This document shows positions 1 through 19,340 of a DNA stretch of 64,000 nucleotides, one piece after another. Numbering within the stretch: position 1 is the stretch's first letter; each line of letters begins with the position of its first letter. The DNA lies in the NCBI GenBank assembly GCA_002189035.1, contig CM007991.1:2294001-2358000 (forward strand), given 5' to 3'. Under the pieces are notes generated by a model. It was not told the origin of the DNA, did not search any database, and worked only from the letters and a program-made list of their open reading frames with translations. The position numbers and the translations under genes are program-made. Origin of the DNA: Utricularia gibba (taxonomy: Eukaryota; Plantae; Magnoliophyta).

Positions 1-12
1 GCTAAAACACAC

Positions 13-1583
13 CTTTAGCAAAAAATTAGCACCTGCTACGAGGCATGTCATTTCGTCCTCTTTATCTATGCTAATTCCAAGACGTTCCTTAAAAAGTTCA
101 GCAAACTTGTAGGCCCCACCACCTGTGGCCTTCAGGAAGATGGATATTTTGTTAATAAACACCCATGTGAAGCGGCATGATAACATATACTAAATAAGGA
201 AATTCACGGGTTGAAATTGCAGAAGACAATGGCCTTGCCCCCCTCATTTCTGTAATTCATCTTTAAATGAGTTCAAATTTACTTTTCCTAGTAAGCAGCA
301 TACCCCTGATTCATAAATTCTACAATAAATCATAAGTTAGAATCTTAAAATTAAAAATTGTAAAAAGCTCTCCAAAATATATTTTAAGATGGTCTTAAAA
401 AAAACCAATGAAAGTAAAACTGGGTAAGAAAAGTATTTAGAAGCCATAAATCGGACACAAAGGATATGAATGGAAGCATTAGGAGCATCCAAGGTATAAC
501 TAAGTAGCTTAAAGAGAATACAACTCCTGACTGGTAACTTCTTAGAACATACCTTTATAACGGTACTGTAAGTGTTGGTATTTTGTGATTCCCAGTTATG
601 TGAATCCACTCCTAGGCTCAGGAAGCAAAGAACTTCAGAATTAAATAATGACATACATAAAACCGAAAACAAAATGTTTCTAGAATCGTACTCCATGGAC
701 AATTTCATCTTTTAAGTAAATGATATATCATACCACCACGGTGCAGTTGCTTGGAATAGATAAAATCCAGGCACTCATTGATCTTAGTTGTTTCAAATTT
801 TACAAAATGCAGCCTCCCTCCCAGAACTGGGTAGCTCCTTCTAGAGCCATTTTTTACACCAAGTCTCTCACTGATTGCCCTTCTCCTACTTTCATTCACA
901 TGCTGATTCTCACGCCTCGAGAAATACACCAATTTAATGAGTGAGCCTACAAATATTACACAATTCTTCAAATTTCGACAGAAAAAAAAATCCTCAACCC
1001 AACAGAAAGCAGGAAATATATAATGCGAGCCTATAAACATAGAAAAGAGGGGACCTGACTTTATGTCAGAAACTGAACACCAATGCTGTTCAAGTTATTT
1101 TGCAAGACCAAATCTCAAAATCAAAAGCTTCATAGAATTAGCAGACAACTAACATTTCGGCAACAGTTTCAGTAGCCTTACGATTATTAAGACCACAGAG
1201 CAAAAGGTTGAGAACAATAAATATACACGATAAACCACCACATACATGATCTGAAGCCTTAAAAAGCTACCTCCAATATCCAAAGCCAAGTGAGAGATAT
1301 CATCAGACTGATTAGGCAACAGAATCGTGGGGTTCCTATCTTCGAAATTCCCCTGTATGGCCGCTCTGCTCAGGTCCAATTGAGGCCTTGAAGAAGACCT
1401 ACGGATCGAATTCCCAGAAACGGGTGCCATATCCTTGTCTACCGTTCCACTTCGAAGAAATCCACAGTCAACATTTCCTTTGGCGAGGTTGATCTTGGCT
1501 TCCACGTCATAGCTCGTATTTATATCTCCGTCATTCACGATGTTGTTTAGTTCTTGGTGGCTATCTGTTGAACCACCATCCAT
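13..1583 (-). CDS. PANK2: Pantothenate kinase 2-like, 5' exons; the gene runs off the left edge
   Basis: Spliced translation: MDGGSTDSH...RSSSRPQLDLSRAAIQGNFEDRNPTILLPNQSDDISHLALDIGG|SLIKLVYFSR...GGRLHFVKFETTKINECLDFI...|ATGGGAYKFAELFKERLGISIDKEDEMTCLVAGANFLLK. Exons at about 1583-1271, 946-734 and 129-13 with GT-AG ends; a small exon between them is unresolved. Confidence 0.92.
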
Positions 1584-1923
1584 GGTAATAACTCCACCAC
1601 AACCCAATCTACTCTTCCCCACTCCAGTAGCCAACGAGGCCCTACTACCATTTACTCAGTTGGACGTCCCACATTTCACACAAAACAGGGATAACAATAA
1701 AGGCCCCAGCTGCTGCATAAAAGATCAAGGCATTACCCAACACCAAGCAAAACCCCCCTTTCGACCCAGAAACGCAAAAAGATAACCTTGGGAACCCGTG
1801 CCTTATCGAATCTAAAAAAAATGATTGAAATACTGAACCTAGGGTCTTAACTCAATTCACAAGTCAAGGACTGCAAATTAAATTCGAGTGGCGTGGTCCA
1901 AAGGCGACACGCAATTTCAGAAA

Positions 1924-1958
1924 ATGATGATGATGATGACGATCACGATGACGATGAT
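1924..1958. repeat. Imperfect (GAT/GAC)n trinucleotide repeat upstream of PANK2
   Basis: atgatgatgatgatgacgatcacgatgacgatgat. Confidence 0.8.
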
Positions 1959-2769
1959 ACCATCACAATCATTCTCACCAAGCATTTGCGGATGCTTATC
2001 TTCGCCACGTCGTCTGCAATAACTGGTATTTAATCCAGTTTTGTAAAAAAGATATTGAAAATTACAAAAATAATAATACAAATTTCAATCAGTATAAAAA
2101 ATCTAATTTCTAATTTTTATAATTACAAAAAGATAACTCAAATTGTCAAAACCATTTAATAAAGGTTTAAACAGTTTTTTTGAATTTTTAAACTGTGAAT
2201 CAATTATACTTTCACACTTAACAAAATTTTATAATAAGATTTTTCATATTGATGAATCAAAATCCATTATTAAGGTTATATCGCATTCATATATTATGAT
2301 TTTTTAAGTTTGATAAAAGTAAGATCATCATAGGAGTAAGAATGTAAATTATAAATATTGTTTACAACGATGCATTGTTAAATGATATTGAAGTTCAAAA
2401 TCGATTAGATTTAATAATATAAAGAATTAAATATGTAATTTCATAAGTTTGAGAATAAATTACTTATAAAAAATGTAAATTGATGAACCTATAATACAAA
2501 AATTTGAGGATTAGACTTTTTAATATTGATTAAAACTCGAAATGACATCACAAATTTCACTCAAAAAAAATTTAAAAATATTTTTTTATTTTTCGTAAGT
2601 TGCATAAAGTTAATTTTTATTTTACTAGGAATATTTTGCGAAAAATTCTTTTTAAAAAACAGAATCAAATAAAAATTATAAAATGCAAAAAATATTATTT
2701 GTCTCAATTTCAGAATTAACAGGTGCTATAATTCAGGTATTAAATAAAATAAATTAATAATGATACACA

Positions 2770-2805
2770 TGGGCCACATTGTTGGGTAAATTGAGAATAT
2801 GGGCC
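2770..2805 (+). promoter_or_regulatory. Pair of site II (TGGGCC) elements
   Basis: TGGGCC at 2770-2775 and 2800-2805, at the end of an AT-rich spacer and just before a T-rich leader-like region. Confidence 0.55.
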
Positions 2806-2829
2806 GGCTTACAGCCCCTAATTGATGCA

Positions 2830-4150
2830 GCCCTAATTTTGTCGCTGTGCACATTCATGGAGATTGGAGTGAAACGTGAGGGTTCTGGATTGAAGTTGGG
2901 ATTTTCGAAATCCTGAAACGAGTGATCCATTTAGTTGCCGTTGTGGGGGTTTTGTGCACTCGAACGTGGTCATTCGTTCTCGTTTTTTCATGGATGCGTT
3001 AAAGATTAATGTTTTGAATTTTCGGCTATTCCCATTGATTGTTTCCGAGCTGCCGAGCATGTCGCTGACATTTTCCACTTTGACACTGTATGCGTCTCAC
3101 AGTTGTGCAATATTGGCTACGATACAATGTCTCGAATAGTTTGGATGTGTATTTTTGTAGTGAGTTACCTTGACGTTTTCTGCTGTGGGTTCTTGCATTT
3201 GCAATTATTCTGTGGAATACCAGACGTTAGTCAGGTGTCCAACGTTGCCATCGTTGTGCACCGTTACATGTTTGGAAAAATGAAGATGGAGAAATGGGAT
3301 GACAATATGGGTTTCTCATGTGTCATCTGATTTCTCTTGTAGGTGTTCATCGTTGCTCATCAGTTACTCATAATTGGTTGAGCTACATCTGGATTCCATA
3401 TTTAGAATTGACAGAATTTGAGTTGTTTAGATGCTTAATACAGCGTAGCTTATCATTCATTTTCGTTTCCTGTATTTGATTCACAATGGGGCAGTTTTTG
3501 GTTTACACTCGAGCACATACTGGGTCAGAAGGTCGAGCATATCCTTTTCAGCTTCTTGTACTGCACTAGCCATATTTTCATGGATGGAGCCAGACACATG
3601 GGCAGGTGTGTTCCGCTTTACTGGTTGCAGAGGCCGTTGAATGTGTGTTCTCGATCACTGCACATCAGCCAGCATTATGCAGTGCATGAGCGAGATTGAA
3701 TCTGACACTTGAATATGCGAAATGGGAGTTTTGACTGTCAGCACTTCGTGCAGTGTCTGTGTTGTACTAAAAATTCAGCAGTTCATGTGCTCAGTTACAC
3801 GATGCCTTTAATTTTCTTATTTTTTAATAATATGGAAGCTGTCTGTGTTTAACAGGGACGACCAACGGGTCTGCAGCGGCAGTACGGAGCTATCTTTTTC
3901 ATTGGAGATGCACATAACAACCAGATGAGCAAAGGAGGAAAGCATTTGACTTCAGTTTCTGTGGTCAGTCTTTGTAAATTCGTGGGTCAACTTTTTCAAT
4001 GGAGGTGCACATTGCAAGTGACTCTGTTCAAAAAATGACATAATCATAGATTCCGTAACTCTTCAAAGAAAGCTTGCCCTGGCTACAAAAACAAAATGAA
4101 AATTTCGCCAGGTCGCATAACCAACTGATGTACAATAGCTGAAGCTACTC
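2830..4150 (+). other. Probable spliced transcript with no long ORF (small-peptide gene or lncRNA)
   Basis: Site II promoter upstream, acceptor ttctcttgtag at 3342, and intron CAG|GTGTG 3606 to tttaacag 3855. Only short ORFs are present, e.g. 3486-3569 MGQFLVYTRAHTGSEGRAYPFQLLVLH in an ACAATGG context. Confidence 0.4.
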
Positions 4151-4327
4151 TCAGTTCTGTATCCAATTTCCATCTAAATGCTGCTTCTTGGTAGGCAAAG
4201 ATGGCATGACTGGGGTCTTGAATTAGCAGGATCCTATTAGTGTGTTGGGGGAGGAGATTGGATTGTGATCTCTAACAAGTTATGCAGGTTGTTGAATCCT
4301 GTGTAAGAACTGAGGTGTGCATTGGTA

Positions 4328-10896
<6,569 letters not shown>

Positions 10897-11515
10897 TGGA
10901 ACCTGTCAAATGATTAAAAAAATCCTGCAGATGAAATAAAACTCCATTAGTTAATTGCATAAATAGAGCATAATGCAATGCCACTGAATCACACTGCCTA
11001 ACCCATGATATAAGTCATATTTTCAAGCTTTCTACCAAATTCTTGGAAGATCATAAATCCGACTATACGGCTAAAAGTTGGAACTTTACCCTCGTAGAAA
11101 TTGAATTCCCGGTTAGACGCTCCCCAATAGATTAAAGAACATTACTTCCATAACAATTCAGCGTAAGAATAGCAATCCACATACTCTTCTCATTATTGCA
11201 AGCACCAGCTATGAGCAATGAATCTACAACTCCATGCTTGCCAATCATAACAAATGACAAAAAAAGAAAGAAGAATGCAAGACGTTAAAAAAACTCACCT
11301 TACTTCCCCGACTTAAACCATGAACAACCAATACCAGCCAATTCAATATCTAACGAGAGGGGGGTGACCACCACTGCGCCCGGAGATGGAGGATACTGTT
11401 TTAGGTCGGAAAACAATAAAAAGAAACAGCAGAAAAGAAAGCAGCCGGATTCTTCTGCACTTTTCCTCCCATGGAGATTAAAGATAAAAAAGAAAATTAT
11501 ATAAATATACAGCCA

Positions 11516-11583
11516 TGGGCCGCGATCATCATCTTACGCACAGTTAAACTCTTCGGCCTGATTTGTGCAATGGGCCCGGCCCA
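11516..11583 (-). promoter_or_regulatory. Site II elements of the AAA ATPase promoter
   Basis: TGGGCC at 11516 and 11571, GGCCCA at 11578, between the AAA 5' exon and the PEX14 3' end. Confidence 0.5.
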
Positions 11584-11861
11584 TGAATCATGATTGATTA
11601 ATCCGAGATAACTCCTAAAGTATAATTATCATTCGCATTTTCGCTGCATAAGTGTTCTGAAATTACAGAATATCAAATGGGGTTTTTCTTTTTTGTATTT
11701 GACACCTACACCGAAACCTAAAACTGCCATAAAAAATAGGGGAACAAGGAACGCCTGTAATGAGTCTGTATGCTTTTTATACATGTCCCAGGATAAAAAA
11801 AAAGGAGTGATGCACAGTTGCTTTTATTCTTGCGCTTTTATCACCAGAGCACCTGTTGCTA

Positions 11862-14800
11862 TCATGTTTCAGTTGAGCTGGCGGTAGATCTCTCACCGTT
11901 TGTTTCATCAGCACCTCCAGATTCAGAGATTTTAGTGATTCTCAGCAGCTCATCGCTTACACTTGTGGAGCGACCCAGTAATTGTTCATCAGTCAACTGC
12001 TCTGTTGGGGTCTGGTTAACTGCTCTTTTGGGCTGCCTTATGGCTGCAGCTGCTTCAGGGTTCATTACGGGTGGTGGCTGGGGAGGCACCCATGATCTCC
12101 GGGGAGGGTTTGCGCCAACGGGTGGCTCAACATCTGGCTCCATTTCGGTGATGCGTACATTCTTTTGTTGCCAGTAAGGTACTGCACCATCAGCATTCAG
12201 TGGGCTATCGGTGAGTTCATGGTAGCTTGAGGCACCGCTGCCTTGGACTGGGTATGCGTTGGTGGAGACTTGATTCACCTCCCAAGGCTGAATGCACAAC
12301 AGGCGGCGTTAGGAGAGAGACACATACATTATGCGAACTATTACATGGATACTTGTAACCATATGAAAGCAAGGCCGGTTAAAATTAACTGAACGCATGC
12401 ACATTTAGCACGATGGTACCCAAAAGAGAATGAAGAGACTACAGTAAGGCAGCAAACCTTTGGCCTTGGGGCTAAACGTGGATTTGATACTGGTTGATTT
12501 GGATTTGGTGGCGCATCATTAATATCCTTAAGTAGATGGAAGAGTTAAGAAAATGAGGTATGGAGCCCCAAGCATATTGAGGAAATGCTGAGGTGGGGAG
12601 CTTACCCGAATATTAGGAGGTCTCTCACCTCTTCTTATCATTTCCATTATCTGCAGAGAAAGCTCCGGAATTTAGGAAGAAAGCAAAAACGATTCACAAG
12701 GAAAAAAGGCATGTCTTTACATTAGCAGTTGTGAAGGAAAAAGATGGAGTTGAGTTACTCTGAAACCGAGTTGGTGCTAACTATGTAAAGAACTTATTTT
12801 TCTTGTTTTTTGTTTCTATGCCTGAATACGATAAAAAGATTTACCTCCATGTATGAGTGTGGATGGCGTGGACCAGATGGATCCACAGCAGTAGCAGGAG
12901 AGGAAGGTCTATCTGCAACTAGGGAACTTAAAAAGTCAAGGATGATGAAACAGCAAATCATTGCAGTAATATGAAGCTCATCACATGATCAATGAACCTG
13001 AATAGGAATCAGCAGTGAGCCCGCCATTCAAATAAGGAGGCTGAAAACGAAAATAATATGCAAGGAAACAACATCAGCCCAAAAATGACAAACAAAATGT
13101 TAAGCACCAAAAAATAACTCACTGTTGAACCAGGTTTTGAGATTGAGAACCATTGCTTATCTTGAGCCTCTCCAGAGGATCTCCCATTTACACCTTGACC
13201 TGCAATTGCAAGCAGAATAACTTAGGTCTATGCATGAGATTTTTTATATAACGACATTCTCGAACTGATTCTTATCAACCATGCAGAAGAATATTAAAAT
13301 AAACTACAGAAATAAATACACAAAACTTCGCTTAAAATGCTTCATAGACTTCTTATTCTTACCACTTTCCAACTTCTTTAGAGAATCACTCATTGATTTC
13401 ATCTCGGCTGCTTGCTCATTCAACAAACGGATAAGCTCATTAAAACACTGCTTTTCTGAAAGAGAAAACAGAAAAGGTGAGGATATGCATAATAATTCAA
13501 GAGAATGCACTTATCATGGGACCAATGAAAAGATAGGGGTATCAACCTTCAACCCGATATGTTAACATCTCCTGACTTGCTCGTGCTGCATCAGCCGCTG
13601 CAGCAGCAGCAGCTTTCACAGAAACTGCAGTTTCTTCGGCTAAATTTTCTGTCACATTACCTTTCTTCACCACGTACTCCCCTTCATCCAATACAACCTT
13701 CCGAATCCAAGACTTGAGAGAGGGAATAATTGAGTTCTGACACAAGATATGACAAATGTGATATTAAAGACGACGCCAAAAACTCAGCCAGCTTGTGACA
13801 ATAATCAGTAACATGAAAAACTAACATATAATTCCAGTTTTATGTGTGAGACAAATTATCTGAACTACAGCCATATGTCTCCCAAACAAACTAAAGGATA
13901 CCTTCAAAAGTACTCCCGCTCCAATTCCAGAGGTAGCCAAAAACGCTAAAGCAACAATACCATGATACCATTTGAACTGAGATAGCATGCCCATCTTTGA
14001 GTTTCTGCCCGCAGAAATTGGCTGAAGTACTTGTTTCGGTGGTTGAGATGACGAGGGTCTAATCTCTCCATCTTCATGATACAAAAATCACATACAACAA
14101 GTTACCAGATCACGTCAGGGTCCACAATTGAAAGAAAAATAGGAAACATTTTGTTACCTTCGGTGTTAGCTAAAGGCCCTGCCGTAGTAACTGCAGGCGA
14201 TGGATCCTATAAAGTAAAATTATAAGATTTCACAATTCCAAAATTCTACTTAACTAATAGGATACTCAGAAGCAATCAACCTCGTCAGATACTGAAAAAA
14301 AACTAGTTTTATATTATATCAGAAATTGAGAAAGGTGAAGTTACATACAGGAAGACGCCGAAATGCTTCATCTATCTCCTCTTTTGTAAGGCCCTTCCTC
14401 TCAAGAAATGAACGTCTATACATGACAGGAGACCCCCTAACCTTGGGGTGTCCGAGAAACTTCACAGCATTTTGCACTTGTTCTTCTCGAATGGGCTCCG
14501 AGTTCACAAATACAGAAGCAGGAGAAGCCTCCTTTGCAGCCTCCAGTTTCGACTCCCGCCTATCGTCATTACTCCCTGGTAAGCTCTGTGAAACTGAAGA
14601 ACATAACCAAGGGAACATTATCCGCAAGTTAAATTTTAAGCATCAGCCAAAAAGTGGAAAACTACAAGGTTTAAGCATAAGCAAATTCAAAAATACAAAT
14701 AAAAACCAAGCTTGCACAAAAATCCTAATTCCAATTCCCAGTGTTCTTCCAACTCACCATCTCCTAATTAAGTAAGATGATAACAAAAGAATAAAAATCA

Positions 14801-14931
14801 CCCAAGTGTGAAGAAGGCCAGCTACAAGTATAGACACACAATACACGTAAGAAAACAAAAAACGAACTTGAAACTGGGTTCGAAATATTTCCACCGGCGG
14901 AGCCCGGCGGGGAGTCGGAAACAGAAGCCAT
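11862..14931 (-). CDS. PEX14: Peroxisomal membrane protein PEX14
   Basis: N-terminal domain EPIREEQVQNAVKFLGHPKVRGSPVMYRRSFLERKGLTKEEIDEAFRRLP; hydrophobic segment FKWYHGIVALAFLATSGIGAGVLLK; coiled coil FNELIRLLNEQAAEMKSMSDSL; C-terminal PPRRSWVPPQPPPVMNPEAAAAIRQPK. ATG at 14931. Confidence 0.93.
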
Positions 14932-15250
14932 GATAACGATCCTTCACGCAAAATCTGAAAACGATAGGGAACTCCAGAAATGAAAACAGGAAATGATGCT
15001 TATCGATCGGAAACAATAACGATTGTAAACATGAATTAGATTGGCCGGGAGGAAGAACCTACGAAGCGAAGCTGGTGCCCGATAACCGTCGCACACTTCG
15101 AAGCACAAAAAAAAAAAGACGACGGATAAATAAATACTTGATGAATTTACAATGACTATCTTTATTATCCATTATATAACAAAAATTAATATTCGTGCAC
15201 GATATTTATTTATTTTCATAAAGAAGGAAAAAAATGGAAAGTTTCCAACA

Positions 15251-17255
15251 TCAAGGCCGTGGTGTGGCCGCCTCTTCCACAACCACCTGAACCAACTGTG
15301 AAACTTCAGCGGTCGGAGAACCAGCCAATGTGTTCATGTTCGATGGGGCTACGGTGCTTTCCGGCTGCTCGCCGCCCAACCGGACAGGCCGAAGCAGACC
15401 CTGCAATCGAAGACGGTAGCTTTGGCTCAGGGGCTGGTTCCGGGCATACTGGCTAATGGTAACTATGTTGTTTGCTTGAGGCCGTTCTGTGTCCGTTTGG
15501 ATGTTGGATAGTGCGCTCAAGTCCAGGTTGGGGAAGACGGAGCACCGGCATCTGGGGCATTTCACGTTCAGACGGAGCCACTCGTCGATGCATTCGACAT
15601 GGAAGTTATGGGCGCAAGGGAGGCCACGAACCTGCAAAATGCAGAGTTAAACATCATGTGCCCCAGGATGGGGGAGTTTTCATCTTCACAGGTGGGTCAA
15701 CTACCTCATTTCCCACATGAAACTCTTCCAAGCATATGGGGCATTCGTTGCAGTCAGTAGGCACAGCTTTCATCCTGAACTTTGGAAGCTCTTGTATGAG
15801 GGCTTCAACAGCTTCCCTCTGGTTTCACAAGATTTCAAAGGAGATGATTGCTTCCATCCAAGCAATAGCAAGCAGATTCAATTTCAGAATTTGTGATTAC
15901 GCATGTTGATTCTTGAATAGAATACCTGTGCAGGGGTCAAGTACAGTCCTGGCTGGTAACCAGTGGCATCTTGTCGCATTCCTCTCATTTCTTGACCTGC
16001 GGCAGCTTCCATAGCCCAATCTGGCACTCTAACCATGTCAACAACAACCTAGGGCATGGCCAAAGAACTCTGATGCATCACTTCAACAACAAAATGCACA
16101 ATGAAGATTGCAAAACGATCATCTTAATTAGAAGTGCACTGATTCATTAAGCTTACACCAAATTCAGAAACAGGGATTCCCTCTTGAGCACGGAGTATAT
16201 GCACGTGCCTTCTTGTCATCCACTGCAAGAAAATTGCAGTAAATTTACAAAAATTGCAAGACAGAAATACAAATCAATGAACAAATTTTGTACGAGTGAT
16301 AAAGACTACAAACCTTTCCTAGGCATACGCAAGCCATGCATAGCAGACCACAATAGCTAAAGAGCAGCCAAATAAGAAAACCCCATTTTTGACCTTCTTC
16401 AGGCAACTGAAATGCAAATATGAGTTCAGATATTTTGAAGAAAGAAAGGAAATGCAGAAGACAGACTGAAGAAGCATACACAGTTCCTAGCACGAACGAA
16501 CCAAAAAGTCCCAATGCCAGTCCAAGCAATAAGGAACGGATAAAGCAGCAGAACAAGAATGGCCAAAACAGCAACTCTTCCACAAAAATGAGCATGCCTT
16601 TGTTGGGATCCGAGATCTCTGTGGTCATGAGAACAAGAGAGGAGTAAACTAAAACATTCAAAAGCACCAGATGTACAAAATCATGCCACGTGTTACGAAA
16701 AGGGAGCCAGCGTGAACATTTATCCAGAAGAAAAACCTAAGAAGAGGAGTTCTTACAATCCCATTCCAGCAGCCAAGCCATTGTCAAGAAACATGAGGAG
16801 GCGAAAAAAGAAAACTGTAGTATAGTCAACCTGAAGTCAGCAGCCCTTCATTAAGATTCAGAAAGTACCAAAAAAAATACATTTTTATCGTTCAAAAGCC
16901 TCAAAGGATACCATACCACAATCCATATATGCAAGGGGTACGTGCAAGAATGGTATTTCTCCCAATTCACAGCGACGATTATTCTAAAAAATTGTCAAGA
17001 AATTATCCAAACCCCATGATAGAGCGCTGCTCATCATCACGAGTCCAGGAAAAAGCATGAACGAACTTGAAAACTCAAGAAGAAGGATACATGCTCGTGG
17101 CAAGCATAGACAAGAAGAACCCATCATACCTGCAAGAAAATGTAATACAGGATCTCAACAACCAGCACAGGCTACTGCGGACCAAACCACATCAACAGAA
17201 AAACCAACTGGTTCACAAAACCTTACCATTTGAAATCCACCCCCTTTACTGCCAT
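15251..17255 (-). CDS. SIS3: RING-H2 E3 ubiquitin ligase SUGAR INSENSITIVE 3-like
   Basis: Spliced N-terminus MAVKGVDFKW|YDGFFLSMLATS|IIIVAVNWEKYHSCTYPLHIWIV|VDYTTVF; TM region QKWGFLIWLLFSYCGLLCMAC; RING CPICLEEFHVGNE|VRGLPCAHNFHVECIDEWLRLNVKCPRCRCSVFPNLDLSAL. Confidence 0.9.
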
Positions 17256-18971
17256 CCGCAAATCACACCTCGCAAGCCAGTGATTGATTCACATTCCCCC
17301 ACTGCCAATCAAAGAAACCCGCTCGCCACCCAAGTTTCAGTAGCAACAAGAACAGTTTTTTCCCACAAAAAAGGATCGGATATTTAGAGGGAAAATAGTG
17401 GGTTTCTCCGGTAACAGTTTCGGAGTCAACGACAACCGGGGAGACGGTAGATTCTTTAGGGGGAATCTCCAATTCACACAGGCAAAGGCGGAATACACCG
17501 AACACATTTCTGTTGCTTCTCTGGCATACATGTGTCGACGCCAGTTGAAGAACAAAAAAAAGACGATTTAAAAAAAAAAAGGAAATCGCAATTCTAACTA
17601 CTATCCGCCCCGATTTCCTTCTGTCCCATCGGCTGGCCTCTTCATGTGTAGCCCAACCGGCGTAGTAAAGGTCCTGCTCGCTTTCTCTGAGCCACCAGTC
17701 GCTTATTCCGTGGTCCGCCTCGTTGTCGTCTGCCTTAGCAACAGATTTGTGTTCACTGTTCCTCAGACTTCATAATTGGATTCCCAGCTCCTCCTCAATT
17801 AGAAAGTACCCTATCCGCACGGACCACCCAAACCCAGAATCAATTCGTGTCTAGTTCTAGTTCATGAATTCACAGAAAATCAAAAAATGACCAACAAAAA
17901 TGACGAACTACGCGTGGGATCTTATATCAAACACTTGGCAGGTGTCCCTGCATACAAGAGTTCCCTCAAACCAACCTAAAAACCAAGATTGGCCACCTGT
18001 TGACCAGTCGACATGGGGGAGGCCACGGGCAAAGAAATGAAGCCCCGATCCCTTTCCTGAGTAAAAGCAAGAAACGCCCACACACCGTGTCCTCAACTGC
18101 ATCACTGACGCGGTACTTACTATTTATCACGATCTTCGGTTACATTCATTGCTAGTGATCTTTGAAAGGGCATTTTAATTTCGTTACTTACATCAAATAT
18201 ATACAATCTTTCATATTTACTATAAATGTATTTAAATATTTATTTTTCTTACACCAAATGTGATTTTTGATCGTGTGTGTACACGTATTCATAAACTTAA
18301 AATTTGTAAGTGGTAAAATTTTTGAAACCGTGAGGTAAAAACTACATTTTTAAATAAAATACTTTATTATTTTATCATGATTTGAAAAAATATAGAAAAT
18401 TATATTTGTATGGATAGAATATAGTTATATGTTAAGTTTAAGGATTATTGTTTATATTATGTATATTTGAAGTAAATTTAAATGTTCAAGTATATTTGAT
18501 GTTAATATAAAATTTTAAAATAAACAATTTTCCAATCATTTATTTCATACACACTCTAACAAATCCATTCAAATCATATTTGATATAAGAACAATAAATC
18601 TTTAAGTATATTTATAGTAAATATAAAATTTTGGATATATTTGATGCGAATATCCAAAACTTTGGATACATATAGATTAAGATACCCTCTTTGAAATATA
18701 TAAAAGAACAAGGGGTGTATAATCAATCTATCACAAAGTGAATAGTGTGTAATGAGCCAGTTTTACAGAGGAAGTGGTGCCACAAGAAACTGAGGTTGCT
18801 ATCAGTCCATCATACCGGTAACATGTCCATTGTCCTCAATACTCTTCCCTCAGTGACGTTACACAACCGCCATTTTTTTATGCAGCCCAACAAACCAACA
18901 CAAACTGTGAACCATCGTCTTCCCTCAAAGCTTCTTCTCCTCCTCCTCCTCCTCGTCTGCGGAAGGGCGGA

Positions 18972-19340
18972 ATGTTGCCGTTGATCGTGGTGTCGGGGAT
19001 CTTGCTGATTGCTGCATTGGGCGCTATGCTGGTGATCCACTTCTGGATTCTGGGGAGGGCTGCTTCCTCTCAGGGCGAGCCCGGGAGGATGAAGCGGGAG
19101 GAGATCAAGGAGCTCCCCAGTTTCGACTACAAAGTGGAGCAGGCGGCGGAGAAGATGGAGGAGGGCGCCGCCGGGGAATGTGCGGTTTGTTTAGAAGGGT
19201 TCAGAGATGGGGAGTCCTGCAGGGCGCTGCCCAAATGCAGCCATAGCTTCCATGCCGAGTGCATCGACTCCTGGCTTCTGAAGACCGGCGCCTGCCCTCT
19301 GTGCAGGACCTGCTGCAAAATCACCATAGCCGAGGTCTGA
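18972..19340 (+). CDS. ATL-family RING-H2 protein, single exon, 122 aa
   Basis: N-terminal TM segment, GLD-like [14 protein letters not shown], and [47 protein letters not shown]. Confidence 0.92.
   Translation: MLPLIVVSGILLIAALGAMLVIHFWILGRAASSQGEPGRMKREEIKELPSFDYKVEQAAEKMEEGAAGECAVCLEGFRDGESCRALPKCSHSFHAECIDSWLLKTGACPLCRTCCKITIAEV

Noticed and set aside
2040-2760. AT-rich spacer as a MULE/MITE
   Set aside because: I could not support convincing TIRs or a TSD. The same applies to 18120-18720 and 52560-52860.
3279-3330. C/D snoRNA-like pattern (ATGAAGA...hairpin GATGACA/TGTCATC...CTGA)
   Set aside because: The C box is imperfect, the segment is too short, and there is no terminal stem or recognisable rRNA guide.
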